Positions 8,816 to 19,288 of a DNA stretch of 24,311 bases are shown here, one piece after another. The notes beneath the pieces are model-generated. The model was given only the letters and a program-made list of their open reading frames with translations. It was not told the DNA's origin and searched no databases. Position numbers and translations under genes: made by a program. The DNA is from Gemmatimonadaceae bacterium (GTDB lineage: Bacteria > Gemmatimonadota > Gemmatimonadetes > Gemmatimonadales > Gemmatimonadaceae): the NCBI GenBank assembly GCA_040902005.1, contig JBBDYA010000075.1, forward strand, positions 1 through 24,311, written 5' to 3'. How positions within the stretch are numbered: position 1 is the stretch's first letter; each line of letters starts with the position of its first letter.

Positions 8816-8843
8816 TAGACACGGGCTGGCAGAAAAGCGTTCG
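8816..8843 (-). promoter_or_regulatory. Candidate ECF-sigma (autoregulatory) promoter
   Basis: The minus strand reads cGAACgc-N16-GTCTA, matching sigmaE-type GGAACTT-N16-GTCnAA in core bases and spacing. It ends 20 nt upstream of the sigma start codon. Confidence 0.6.
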
Positions 8844-8886
8844 GTGGCGCATCCTCCCTCCGCTTCCCACCCTGATCCATTCGACA

Positions 8887-10308
8887 TTGCGCCTGTTCAA
8901 TGTGGCCCTGGGACCGGGCATCGCCATCCTCATGCTGATTCTGGGCCCCATGGGGGGGTTGCCCGACGCGGCGTGGAAGACGGCGGCGCTCGGCATATGG
9001 ATGGCTGTCTGGTGGGTCACCGAGGCGATCCCGATCCCCGCCACGGCCCTGCTGCCGCTGGTCATGCTTCCGCTCCTGGGCATTCTGTCGATGGAAGCCG
9101 CGGCGGCGCCCTTCGCGAATCCGGTGATCTATCTCTTCCTTGGGGGCTTTCTCATCGCCGCCGCGTTCGAGAAGTCCGGGCTGCACCGGCGTCTCGCGCT
9201 CGGACTGGTGGCGATGGCCGGCACCCGGCCGGATCGCATCATCGCGGGGTTCATGGGCGCGGCGGCGTTTCTCAGCATGTGGGTGAGCAATACCGCAACG
9301 GTGTTGATGCTCTTGCCCCTCGCGACGTCCATCATCGACCGGGTTCACGCGGCGGACGAGCAGCCAGGCGGAACAACGGGACAGTTCGACATCGCGCTCC
9401 TGCTCGCCGTGGCCTACGCCGCCACGATCGGCGGACTCGGCACGCTGATCGGCACGCCGCCGAACGCGTTGCTCGTCGGCTATCTCTCCTCCACGCACGG
9501 CATCCGCATTCCGTTCGTGACCTGGATGATTCTCGCGGTGCCGATCGTGATCATCGCGCTGCCATTGGCCTGGCTGCTGCTCACCCGCGTGATCTTCAAG
9601 GTGCGCGACATCGAGCTGCCGCTCGGCCGCGGGCTCATTGCAACCGAGCGCGCCGAGCTGGGCGGGTTGAAGCGCGAAGAGGTCGTCGTCGCCGCGGTCG
9701 CCAGCCTGACCGCGCTGGCGTGGGTGTTCCAGCCGTTGATCGCGCGCGTCGCACCCGGCATCACGGACGCGAACATCGGGATCACCGGCGCGCTCCTTCT
9801 GCTGGCGGTTCCCATCAATCGCCGGGGAACGCGCGTGATCGACTGGCGCGCCGCCGAACGCATTCCGTGGGGCGTGCTGGTGCTGTTCGGCGGTGGGCTG
9901 TCGCTGGCGGCGGCCATTCAGCGGAGCGGGCTGGCGGACTGGATCGGGGGGTCGGTGGGCGGGTTGAGCGACCTGCCGCCAGTGCTGCTCATCGCGGTCA
10001 TCACGACGCTCGTGTTGTTTCTCACGGAGCTCACCAGCAACACCGCGACGGCGGCGGCATTCCTTCCGGTGGTCGGCTCGGTAGCGGTTGGGGCGGGGAT
10101 GAGTCCGCTGCTGCTCACGGTGCCCGCGGCACTGGCGGCGACCTGCGCCTTCATGCTCCCCGTGGGCACGCCGCCGAACGCGATCGTCTTCGGCACGGGG
10201 CGGCTGACGATTCCCCAGATGGCGCGCGCCGGATTCCTGCTGAACGTCATGATGGTCGTGCTCATCACGATCATCTCGTGGCTGTTGGTCGAGCGGGTGC
10301 TGGGGTGA
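8887..10308 (+). CDS. DASS/SLC13-family sodium-coupled di-/tricarboxylate or sulfate symporter
   Basis: Highly hydrophobic 473 aa. WWVTEAIP, two SNT motifs (SMWVSNTAT, TELTSNTAT), GTPPN twice, WGVLVLFGGG. Confidence 0.93.
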   Translation: MRLFNVALGPGIAILMLILGPMGGLPDAAWKTAALGIWMAVWWVTEAIPIPATALLPLVMLPLLGILSMEAAAAPFANPVIYLFLGGFLIAAAFEKSGLHRRLALGLVAMAGTRPDRIIAGFMGAAAFLSMWVSNTATVLMLLPLATSIIDRVHAADEQPGGTTGQFDIALLLAVAYAATIGGLGTLIGTPPNALLVGYLSSTHGIRIPFVTWMILAVPIVIIALPLAWLLLTRVIFKVRDIELPLGRGLIATERAELGGLKREEVVVAAVASLTALAWVFQPLIARVAPGITDANIGITGALLLLAVPINRRGTRVIDWRAAERIPWGVLVLFGGGLSLAAAIQRSGLADWIGGSVGGLSDLPPVLLIAVITTLVLFLTELTSNTATAAAFLPVVGSVAVGAGMSPLLLTVPAALAATCAFMLPVGTPPNAIVFGTGRLTIPQMARAGFLLNVMMVVLITIISWLLVERVLG

Positions 10309-11620
10309 TGGCCCCTACCACGAAGCCGGCTCCGGCATCGCTGGCTCGCCGGCTTGGCGTCTTCGACGCCACGATGATCGTCATGGGCGGCATCATCGGC
10401 GCGGGAATCTTCAGGAATCCGGCCGAGGTGGCCCGACGCGTGAGCGAGCCGTCGCTGATGCTGGGCGCGTGGGTCGCGGGAGGGATGATCGCGCTCGCCG
10501 GTGCCTTCGTGTATGCCGAGCTCGCGCAGCGGCGCCCGGAGGTGGGCGGACAGTATGCCTATCTGCGCGACGCCTTTCATCCACTCACGGCCTTCCTATA
10601 TGGATGGACGCTGCTGCTCGTGACGCAGACGGGCGGGATGGCGGCCGTTGCCATGACGTTCGCGGACTATTTCCGGGAGCTCTCCGGACTGAACGTCGAG
10701 CGCTCCACGATCGCGGTGGCGACCATCGGCATCCTCACCGCGGTGAATTGCTTTGGCGTGCGTTCGGGAAGCAGCGTCCAGAACACGTTGATGGTCATGA
10801 AGATCGCGGCGCTGATCGCGCTCGTGATCCTCGGCTGGCGCGCAGTGGAGGGAATCGGGCATCTCACGCAGGGCCCGGCGAGCGTGGCCGAGACGACGGA
10901 GCGCGGGGGGGGGGGCAGCTTCCTCTCCGCGCTCGTGCCGGTGCTGTTCGCGTTCGGTGGCTGGCAGACCGCGAGCTTCGTGTCGGGCGAGATGCGGAAT
11001 CCCGAGCGCGACCTTCCGCGCGGGCTGCTGCTCGGCGTCATCGGTGTGGTGGTGCTGTACCTGGCGGTGAACGTCGTGTGCATCCTGGTGCTGGGTCCGG
11101 CGGACCTCGCGGCGACGCAGACGCCGGCGTCCGAGGTGATGCGGCGCGCGATGGGGGAGAACGGCGCGCGGCTGATTGCCGCCGGCATCGCCATCTCGAC
11201 CATCGGGTTTCTCAGCCAGGGGATGCTCACCGCGCCGCGCGTCTACTATGCCATGGCGCGCGACGGCGTGTTCTTCGAACGCGTGGGCACACTTCACCCG
11301 CGCACGCGCGTGCCCGTCGTGGCGATCGTGCTCCAGGGCATCTGGGCGTCCGTCATCGCGGTGGTGGGGCTGTACGAGCAGGTGTTGAACTACGTGGTGG
11401 CGCTGGACGCCGTGTTCTTCGGGCTCACCGGCGCCGCGCTGCTGGTGTTCCGGCGGCGCGACCCGACCGCGGTGCGTGGCATGCGGATGCCGGGGCATCC
11501 CGTCACCACGATCGTGTTCGTCGCGGCGTTCTGGGTGCTGGCTGCCAGCACCATCCTTCGCTTCCCGAAGGACGCGGGGATGGGAGTGCTGATCCTGCTG
11601 CTTGGCGTGCCGGTCTATCT

Positions 11621-12774
<1,154 letters not shown>

Positions 12775-12778
<4 letters not shown>

Positions 12779-13107
12779 CCGCGCGGGCGCCAGCGATACG
12801 ACCGCAGTGAAATCCTTCCTCGGGCGTCGAAGCGCACACCCTCCTTCTCGAGGAGCATTCGCTGGGAGAAGCCTCCCGTCATCGGGGACAGGCTGATCGC
12901 GCCCGCGGCATTGATCACGCGTTGCCACGGCACCCCGGTGGATCCCGACAGCGCGTGCAGCGCGTAGCCAACCTGGCGCGCGCGTCCCGGAAAACCGGCG
13001 AGCTCGGCGACCTGTCCGTAGGTAGCCACGCGCCCGCGCGGGATGCGTCGGACCACCGCATAGATCCGGGCGTAGGTGTAGTTCGCGTTCTTCCTCGCGC
13101 GCGTCAC
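12775..13107 (-). CDS. Alkyltransferase-like protein (ATL, MGMT family, non-catalytic)
   Basis: IPRGRVATYGQVA, ARQVG, and PWQRV in place of the catalytic PCHRV. Start placed at GTG 13107, just after the upstream stop at 13118. Confidence 0.88.
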
Positions 13108-13117
13108 GAGGCGAAAG

Positions 13118-13882
13118 CTATGGCGTGTGGGGGCGGCGGGCGGCTGACGTGAGGGTATCGGGCGGCGACGGCGGAGGTGCCGTGTCGCCGCGCGGCCGAA
13201 GCGTATCGCGCGGCGGCGTGGTGTCACGCGCACGGGGGAGGGGGACCAGTATGGGCGCCGGCACCGGTGTTGCCGGCATCGGGTACGGCGTGGGATAGAG
13301 GGTATCCACCTGCCGCGGCGCGTCTACGCGCGGGGGGGGGGGACTGTCGACCGGATACGGGTTCGCCGGGTTCGCCGGGTTCGCCGGGTATGGAGACGCC
13401 GGAATCGGAGCGACGGGCATTGGCGCGAAGGTGTCTACCACCGGCGGGTACGGCTCCGGCAGTGGCGGGGGCTCCGATCCTCTCGGCCGGCCCTGGCCGG
13501 ACGCGAGTCGCATCTCCTGTTCGAGCGCCACGGTGGTCATCACGAAATCCCGCACGGTGAGCCCTGCCCGGGTGATCGCTTCAGCCGAGAGGTCATCGTT
13601 CTCCAGGGATTCAACTGCCCGATCGATGCTTTCCTGCGAGGGATTGCGCGATTCCAGCAGGTCGCCAAAGCGCTGTGCCGCGCTCACGTCGAGCGCCCGC
13701 TGCGCCGCGTCCCACTGACGGTACCGCTCGCTCGTCACGGAATACGGGAGCCGGCGTCCGTCCGAGAGCTGCACTTCGCCGCCGGAATGCGTGAGCACCG
13801 ACGAGTCCGCGCGCGCGCTATCGCGTTCGACGGTGTCGCACGCCGACAGGACCACGAGAAGAAGCAAGGGAGTCGCCCGCAT
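13118..13882 (-). CDS. Putative lipoprotein with Pro-rich C-terminal tail
   Basis: MRATPLLLLVVLSA-C lipobox. The C-terminal ~110 aa are Pro-rich, including PANPANPANPY. Confidence 0.72.
   Translation of the reverse strand: MRATPLLLLVVLSACDTVERDSARADSSVLTHSGGEVQLSDGRRLPYSVTSERYRQWDAAQRALDVSAAQRFGDLLESRNPSQESIDRAVESLENDDLSAEAITRAGLTVRDFVMTTVALEQEMRLASGQGRPRGSEPPPLPEPYPPVVDTFAPMPVAPIPASPYPANPANPANPYPVDSPPPPRVDAPRQVDTLYPTPYPMPATPVPAPILVPLPRARDTTPPRDTLRPRGDTAPPPSPPDTLTSAARRPHTP
13359..13389. repeat. 9-bp tandem repeat (GGGTTCGCC)x3 inside the lipoprotein gene
   Basis: Three exact copies plus a partial fourth; encodes PAN repeats. Confidence 0.85.
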
Positions 13883-13941
13883 ACTCCCCTGCTTGTGCAA
13901 CATCCGGACACAACCGCCTGCGGCTGAGCCCGTGTTTCCGT

Positions 13942-14676
13942 TTACATGGGGCGATGCAACTGCACCGGCTCAGACTTCTTGCGGAGTCTGAGGTTGAGCA
14001 TCTCGACCATCACGGCGAATCCCATCGCGAAATACGTGTACCCCTTGGGGATGTGCGCGCCGAACCCTTCCGCCACGAGGTTGGTGCCGATGAGCAGCAG
14101 GAACGACAGCGCCAGCATCTTTACCGTGGGGTGACGGTCCACGAACCCGGCGATCGGTCCGGCCGCCATCAGCATGATCCCGAGCGCGATCACGTTCGCG
14201 ATGACCATGATCGATATCTGATCGACCATGCCGACCGCGGTGATCACCGAATCGAGCGAGAAGACGATGTCGATGACCATGATCTGCGCCACGACGCCGA
14301 CGAGCGAGGGCATCACCCGCTTCCCTGTCGCTTCGTGATCCTCTCCCTCGAGCTTGCCATGAATCTCGAACGTTGCCTTGCCGATCAGGAACAGGCCGCC
14401 GACGATGAGGATCAGGGCGCGACCGCTGATCGGGAAGTCGAACACCGTAAACAGCGGCGCGGTGAGCTTCACGACCCACGCGATGCTGAACAGCAGCGCC
14501 AGCCGGCTGACGAACGCTCCGGTCAGGCCGAGCCGGCGCGCCAGGGGTTGCTGCTGGGCTGGCAGCTTCGACGCGAGAATGGAGATGAAGATGATGTTGT
14601 CGATCCCGAGCACGACCTCGAGGACGGTCAGCGTGAGCAGTCCTATCCAGGCGTTCGGGTCAGCGAACCAGTCCAT
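13942..14676 (-). CDS. TerC-family integral membrane protein
   Basis: LEVVLGIDN, DIVFSLDSVITAVG, HIPKGYTYFAMGF motifs. Confidence 0.93.
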   Translation of the reverse strand: MDWFADPNAWIGLLTLTVLEVVLGIDNIIFISILASKLPAQQQPLARRLGLTGAFVSRLALLFSIAWVVKLTAPLFTVFDFPISGRALILIVGGLFLIGKATFEIHGKLEGEDHEATGKRVMPSLVGVVAQIMVIDIVFSLDSVITAVGMVDQISIMVIANVIALGIMLMAAGPIAGFVDRHPTVKMLALSFLLLIGTNLVAEGFGAHIPKGYTYFAMGFAVMVEMLNLRLRKKSEPVQLHRPM

Positions 14677-14730
14677 GAGTGAAGGCCGTGAATGAAGGTG
14701 GCGCCGGTGTGTCGCGGCGAGGATGACAAA

Positions 14731-15237
14731 CTATAGGCCGGCGGCCGCGCGCTCGAGCGCGGCGATGTCGATCTTCTTCATCTGCATCATCGCGGCGAAC
14801 GCGCGCTGCCCACCGGGTGACGATGGGTCCTTCAGCATCTCCTCCATCCCTCGCGGGACGACCTGCCAGGAGAGCCCGAACTTGTCCTTGAGCCAGCCGC
14901 ATTGCTGCGCCTTCGGGTCGCCACCGGCGCCAAGCTTCTCCCAGTAGTAGTCGACCTCCTTCTGGTCCCCGCACATCACCTGGAACGACACGGCCTCGTT
15001 GAACGTGAAAAGCGGGCCGCCGTTGAGGGCGGTGAACGTCTGGCCATCGATCTCGAATTCGACCACCATCACCGAGCCAGGCTGCTGGCCGTGGATCTCC
15101 TTGCCGGCCTCTCCGTAGCGCGTGGTGCTCGTAATGCGCGAGTTCCTGAAGATGCCGGTGTAGAACGTCGCCGCTTCCTCCGCCTGGCCATCGTACCACA
15201 GGCAGGGCTTGAGTCGCTGGTTCAATGCGCTGGCCAT
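14731..15237 (-). CDS. VOC-family / PhnB-like protein (3-dmu-9_3-mt domain)
   Basis: PCLWYDGQAEEAA, LNGGPLFTFNEAVSF, CGWLKDKFGLSWQVVP, MKKIDIA. GGAGG Shine-Dalgarno upstream of ATG 15237. Confidence 0.92.
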   Translation of the reverse strand: MASALNQRLKPCLWYDGQAEEAATFYTGIFRNSRITSTTRYGEAGKEIHGQQPGSVMVVEFEIDGQTFTALNGGPLFTFNEAVSFQVMCGDQKEVDYYWEKLGAGGDPKAQQCGWLKDKFGLSWQVVPRGMEEMLKDPSSPGGQRAFAAMMQMKKIDIAALERAAAGL

Positions 15238-15449
15238 CACACGTGCCTCCGACTGGTTGGGCCCACGGGGGGGGGGGTGGATTGTGCGTCCGCTGCCAAC
15301 AGGGTGACGCACCGCCTTGCTACCGGCAAGCCCCGCGCTCATGATAGAAAGTCTGCGACTGAACGGACCGCATGCGGCGTTCAGCGCGCAGTGAGATGGC
15401 ACAGCTCGCGGTGAATTGGCACCGCCGACCGGCAGGAGGACCGTAGGGT

Positions 15450-15827
15450 ATGGAGATGGGAATCTTCCGGACTGTGATCGAGGTGGCGCCCCTCGCGAAT
15501 CCCGAGCGCAGGCAATCGCTCGCCGGCGTGATGGTGGACACAGGAAGCGAATACAGCTGGGTGCCACGCGACCTCCTGCGCGCGGTCGGGATCACCCCTC
15601 AGCGGGTGGAGCGGTTCGAGACCGCCGATGGACGGGTCCTCGAGCGCGAGATTGGCTTCGGGATGCTGTATGCGTCCGGCCGCGCGGCGCCGAGCATCTT
15701 CGTGTTCGCGGGCGACGGGGACATGACGCTGCTCGGCGCCTTCGGGCTGGAGGGACTCAACCTTCGGGTTGACCTGGTGCGGCGGCAACTCGTTCCGGCC
15801 GGTCCGGTCCCCGCAGCCGCGGCGTAG
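15450..15827 (+). CDS. Single-domain retropepsin-like (clan AA) aspartic protease
   Basis: 125 aa. VDTGS catalytic motif, flap-like TADGR, and LLG motif. AGGAGG upstream. Confidence 0.85.
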   Translation: MEMGIFRTVIEVAPLANPERRQSLAGVMVDTGSEYSWVPRDLLRAVGITPQRVERFETADGRVLEREIGFGMLYASGRAAPSIFVFAGDGDMTLLGAFGLEGLNLRVDLVRRQLVPAGPVPAAAA

Positions 15828-15851
15828 CGGATGCCGTGTGAGAAGTGCTAG

Positions 15852-16028
15852 GGAAGCTCTGAAAAAAAAGGGCCGGGGCGAGGTGTTCTGGCCGGCGCGA
15901 GCCAGTACCATACTTGGACGCGAGAAATCTCAATAGGCATGTAGGCTCGTGCCAGTCGTCCAAGTATTGGGTACTATGCTCGCGCCGGCCAGAACACCTC
16001 GCCCCGGCCCTTTTTTTCCAGAGCTTCC
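15852..16028. mobile_element. Fold-back MITE-like element, copy 2 (177 bp) with CTAG target duplication
   Basis: Arms 15852-15920 and 15957-16028, with a perfect 40-bp inverted match (15863-15902 vs 15978-16017). Both termini are GGAAGCTCTG. CTAG on both sides (15848-15851, 16029-16032); the right copy contains the ahcY stop codon. Confidence 0.78.
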
Positions 16029-17522
16029 CTAGTACCGGTAGTGATCGGGCTTGTACGGTCCGTCCACCGGCACGCCGATGTACGATGCCTGCTCCGGTGT
16101 GAGCTGCGTGAGCTTCGCGCCCAGCTTGTCCAGGTGCAGGCGCGCCACCTTCTCGTCGAGATGCTTGGGCAGCACGTACACCTTCTTCTCGTAGTTCGAC
16201 GTGTTGCCGAACAGCTCGATCTGCGCCATCACCTGGTTGGTGAAGCTGTTCGACATCACGAAGCTCGGGTGTCCGGTGGCGCACCCGAGGTTCATCAGGC
16301 GCCCCTCGGCGAGGATCAGCACGGAGTGCCCGTCGGGGAACACGTACTCGTCGTACTGGGGCTTGATGTTGTTGCGCGTCACGCCCTTCATCTTCTTCAG
16401 GCCGGCCATGTCGATCTCGTTGTCGAAGTGGCCGATGTTGGCGACGATGGCCTTGTCCTTCATCTTCGCCATGTGCTGGGCCGTGATGATGTTGAAGTTG
16501 CCCGTGGCCGTGATGAAGATGTCCGCCGTGGAGAGCACATCCTCCATCGTGAGCACCTGGTAGCCCTCCATGCACGCCTGGAGCGCGCAGATCGGGTCGA
16601 TCTCCGTGACGACGACGCGCGCGCCCTGCCCGCGCAGCGCCTGTGCGCAGCCCTTGCCCACTTCACCGAAACCGAAGACGACGGCCATCTTGCCGGCGAT
16701 CATCACGTCGGTGGCGCGGTTGAGGCCGTCCACCACGGAATGACGGCACCCGTAGATGTTGTCGAACTTCGACTTGGTGACGGAGTCGTTGACGTTGATG
16801 GCGGGGAAGAGCAGAGTGCCGGCTTTCATCATCTCGTACAGCCGGTGCACGCCCGTGGTGGTCTCTTCGGTCACGCCCTTGATCTCCTTTGCCACCCTGG
16901 TCCAGCGACCGGGGTTCTTCGCGGCTTCCGCATTCAGCAGATCCAGGATCACTCCCCACTCCTCGGGATCGTTCTTCGGATCGAACGCCGGGATCTTTCC
17001 GGCCTTCTCGAACTCCGCGCCCCTGTGAATGAGGAGCGTGGCGTCGCCACCGTCGTCCAGCAGCATGTTGGGGCCCGAACCGTCGGGCCACGTGAGCGCC
17101 TGCTCCGTGCACCACCAGTATTCCTCCAGCGTCTCGCCCTTCCAGGCGAACACCGGAACGCCGGCCGGCTTCTGGACGGTGCCCCTGGGCCCGACCGCCG
17201 CGGCCGCGGCCGCGTGATCCTGCGTGGAGAAGATGTTGCACGACACCCAGCGCACGTCGGCGCCGAGATCGACAAGCGTCTCGATGAGCACGGCGGTCTG
17301 GATGGTCATGTGCAAGCTGCCCATGATCTTCGCGCCCTTGAGCGGTTGCTTGCCGCGGTACTCGTCGCGGACGGACATCAGCCCGGGCATCTCGTGCTCC
17401 GCCAGGCGGATCTCCTTGCGTCCCCATTCGGCGAGCGAAAGGTCGGCCACCTTGAAAGGCGGTCGATCGGTGGTGCTTTTCGTCTTCGGTGCCCCGGTGC
17501 GAGGCTTGGTTGCGATACCCAT
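16029..17522 (-). CDS. ahcY: Adenosylhomocysteinase (SAH hydrolase)
   Basis: [54 protein letters not shown]-terminal KPDHYRY. Start is ATG 17522 (TTG 17528 possible). Confidence 0.98.
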   Translation of the reverse strand: MGIATKPRTGAPKTKSTTDRPPFKVADLSLAEWGRKEIRLAEHEMPGLMSVRDEYRGKQPLKGAKIMGSLHMTIQTAVLIETLVDLGADVRWVSCNIFSTQDHAAAAAAVGPRGTVQKPAGVPVFAWKGETLEEYWWCTEQALTWPDGSGPNMLLDDGGDATLLIHRGAEFEKAGKIPAFDPKNDPEEWGVILDLLNAEAAKNPGRWTRVAKEIKGVTEETTTGVHRLYEMMKAGTLLFPAINVNDSVTKSKFDNIYGCRHSVVDGLNRATDVMIAGKMAVVFGFGEVGKGCAQALRGQGARVVVTEIDPICALQACMEGYQVLTMEDVLSTADIFITATGNFNIITAQHMAKMKDKAIVANIGHFDNEIDMAGLKKMKGVTRNNIKPQYDEYVFPDGHSVLILAEGRLMNLGCATGHPSFVMSNSFTNQVMAQIELFGNTSNYEKKVYVLPKHLDEKVARLHLDKLGAKLTQLTPEQASYIGVPVDGPYKPDHYRY

Positions 17523-17535
17523 GTTCAATGATTCC

Positions 17536-18486
17536 TCAGCGTTTGCCTTTACGTGCGACGAGTGAAAACAGCGCGGGTCCCATGGCCTTCGGGTCGGCGG
17601 GAAGCACGCGGTAGCGCGCGACCGCCAGCCCGGCTTCGCCGGCCCAGGAGCGAAGCTGGTCCTCCGAGAATCCCTGCCAGACGTGGCCCATGTGCAGGGA
17701 GTATTCCTCGCGTTCGTGCGACGTGAAATCGAGCATGACCAGGCGGCCGCCGGCCTTCAGCGCGCGGCGCGCCTCGGCGAACATCTTCGCCGGGTCGATG
17801 ACGTAGTGTGCGACCATGAACAGGAGGGCGACGTCCAACTCGCCATCCTCGATCGGAAGTTCCTCGACGCTGCCGCTGCGGACGTCCACGTTCGGGAACG
17901 ACGACAGGCGCCTGCGCGCCGCGTTGAGCATCGCCCCCGATTCATCCACCGCAATCACCCCGCCGACGACGGGGGAGAGCACGGCGCTCAGCTCGCCCGT
18001 ACCGCAGCCGAGGTCGCCAACCATCCAGGATGGGTCGAACAGGTCGAGCAGCGCCAGCAGGTCGGTGCGCGCGCCGATCAGTTCCGAGCGCACCTGGTCC
18101 CAGTTGTTCGCGGCGCCGGTGAAGTAGGTGTGCATCTTCACGCGCCTGGCGGAAAGGACGCTCTCCTTGCGACGCACGTCCTGCTGCGCGGCGGCGCTGG
18201 CCGAGACCTGGTCCCGGACGACGTTCCAGAGCCGCTTCGCGAAGGGGTCGAGGCGCGACGGCACCAGTGTGTAGAAGCGACTGGCACCGGAGTCGCGGGC
18301 GACGACCCACTGCTCGTCGCTCAGGATCCGGAGATGGCGGCTGACCGTGGACTGGGGAAGCTGCACGACAGCGCAGAGCTCACCGACGGTGAGCTCGGTT
18401 CCCTCGAGCAACAGGAGGAGCCTGCTGCGCGTGGCGTCGGCGAGGGTGCCGAGATTGTCGAATACTTCCGCGGAACGAGCCATCAT
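17536..18486 (-). CDS. sahR: ArsR-family HTH + class I SAM-binding (methyltransferase-like) regulator, SahR-like
   Basis: N-terminal ArsR wHTH ([28 protein letters not shown]) and C-terminal DLGCGTG SAM motif. Directly upstream of ahcY, with a palindromic operator at its start. Confidence 0.85.
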   Translation of the reverse strand: MMARSAEVFDNLGTLADATRSRLLLLLEGTELTVGELCAVVQLPQSTVSRHLRILSDEQWVVARDSGASRFYTLVPSRLDPFAKRLWNVVRDQVSASAAAQQDVRRKESVLSARRVKMHTYFTGAANNWDQVRSELIGARTDLLALLDLFDPSWMVGDLGCGTGELSAVLSPVVGGVIAVDESGAMLNAARRRLSSFPNVDVRSGSVEELPIEDGELDVALLFMVAHYVIDPAKMFAEARRALKAGGRLVMLDFTSHEREEYSLHMGHVWQGFSEDQLRSWAGEAGLAVARYRVLPADPKAMGPALFSLVARKGKR

Positions 18487-18488
18487 TA

Positions 18489-18506
18489 TATCCGGATATC
18501 CGGATA
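18489..18506. promoter_or_regulatory. SahR-type palindromic operator overlapping the sahR-ahcY promoter
   Basis: Perfect 18-bp palindrome TATCCGGATATCCGGATA (ATC-N10-GAT core), 2 nt upstream of ATG 18486. It overlaps a minus-strand extended -10 element TG-C-TATTAT (18512-18504). Confidence 0.75.
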
Positions 18507-18609
18507 ATAGCATGGGAGGTCCAGTCACGCCAGACCGCTCTGTCGTTTCGGACGGAACACGGCAGCGGACCGGGGTGTAGGAGCGCCAGTCTCAGCAGGA
18601 GCTGTTCAC

Positions 18610-19260
18610 TTGCAGTCCTACCTCACCATCGGGCGCGCGGCCCTTCTGGTCCTTCCTCTCGCCGCCTGCTCGCAGCAGTACGGTGGTCCCGTCCAGCAGG
18701 GCAGGCCCACGCCCGTCAGCACCACCTCGGCGGCCGCCGTTCTCCCCACCGCACACGACTTCGTGGGGGTGAAGTACGTCTGGGGGGGCGAATCGCCGCG
18801 CACCGGATTCGATTGTTCCGGATTCACGCAGTACGTCTTCGCGCGACACGGCGTTCGCATCCCGCGGACGTCCCGCGCCCAGGTGGCGGCGGGACAGCAG
18901 GTGCAGGTCGGTCTCTCGTCACTGCGTCCGGGTGACCTCATCATGTTCGCCAATCCCGGCAAGCCGATCAGCCACGTGGCGATCTACGCGGGGAACCGGC
19001 AGATCATCCACTCCAGCTCGACCGGCGGGGGTGTGCGTTACGAGGACCTGTCGAGCCGTCGCGGCGCGTGGTACCGCAACAACATGGTCGCGGTGCGGCG
19101 CATCGGTGAGACCGCGGTCGCTGGCGATTTTGACGCCAACAGTGATTTCGGCGACTTCATGATTCGCGACTACCTCAAGGAACTGCGCAAGCGCGGCGTG
19201 CGGGTGGATTTCCCGCCCGACCTTGGCGACTTCGCGCCTCCTGTGTCCAGGCGACGCTGA
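18610..19260 (+). CDS. NlpC/P60 (C40) cell-wall peptidase lipoprotein
   Basis: Lipobox LPLAA-C. YVWGG, FDCSGF (catalytic Cys), PRTS, PGDL, SHVAIY, IIHS. AGGAG upstream of TTG. Confidence 0.92.
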   Translation: MQSYLTIGRAALLVLPLAACSQQYGGPVQQGRPTPVSTTSAAAVLPTAHDFVGVKYVWGGESPRTGFDCSGFTQYVFARHGVRIPRTSRAQVAAGQQVQVGLSSLRPGDLIMFANPGKPISHVAIYAGNRQIIHSSSTGGGVRYEDLSSRRGAWYRNNMVAVRRIGETAVAGDFDANSDFGDFMIRDYLKELRKRGVRVDFPPDLGDFAPPVSRRR

Positions 19261-19288
19261 GCGTCGCCAGCACCAGGTCAGTGCGGGC

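Noticed and set aside
7998..10307. N-terminal 770 aa of the 1225-aa ORF (apparent giant permease fusion)
   Set aside because: An open off-frame overlapping the sigma and DASS genes. The real permease starts at ATG 10308.
14677..14730. yybP-ykoY riboswitch upstream of the TerC gene
   Set aside because: The intergenic gap is only 54 bp and I could not see the conserved motif.
16041..17531. 496-aa + strand ORF
   Set aside because: Antisense shadow of ahcY, typical of high-GC codon usage.
19250..19268. Hairpin GGCGACGC-TGA-GCGTCGCC at the NlpC/P60 stop
   Set aside because: No T-tract on either strand, so it is too weak to call a terminator.
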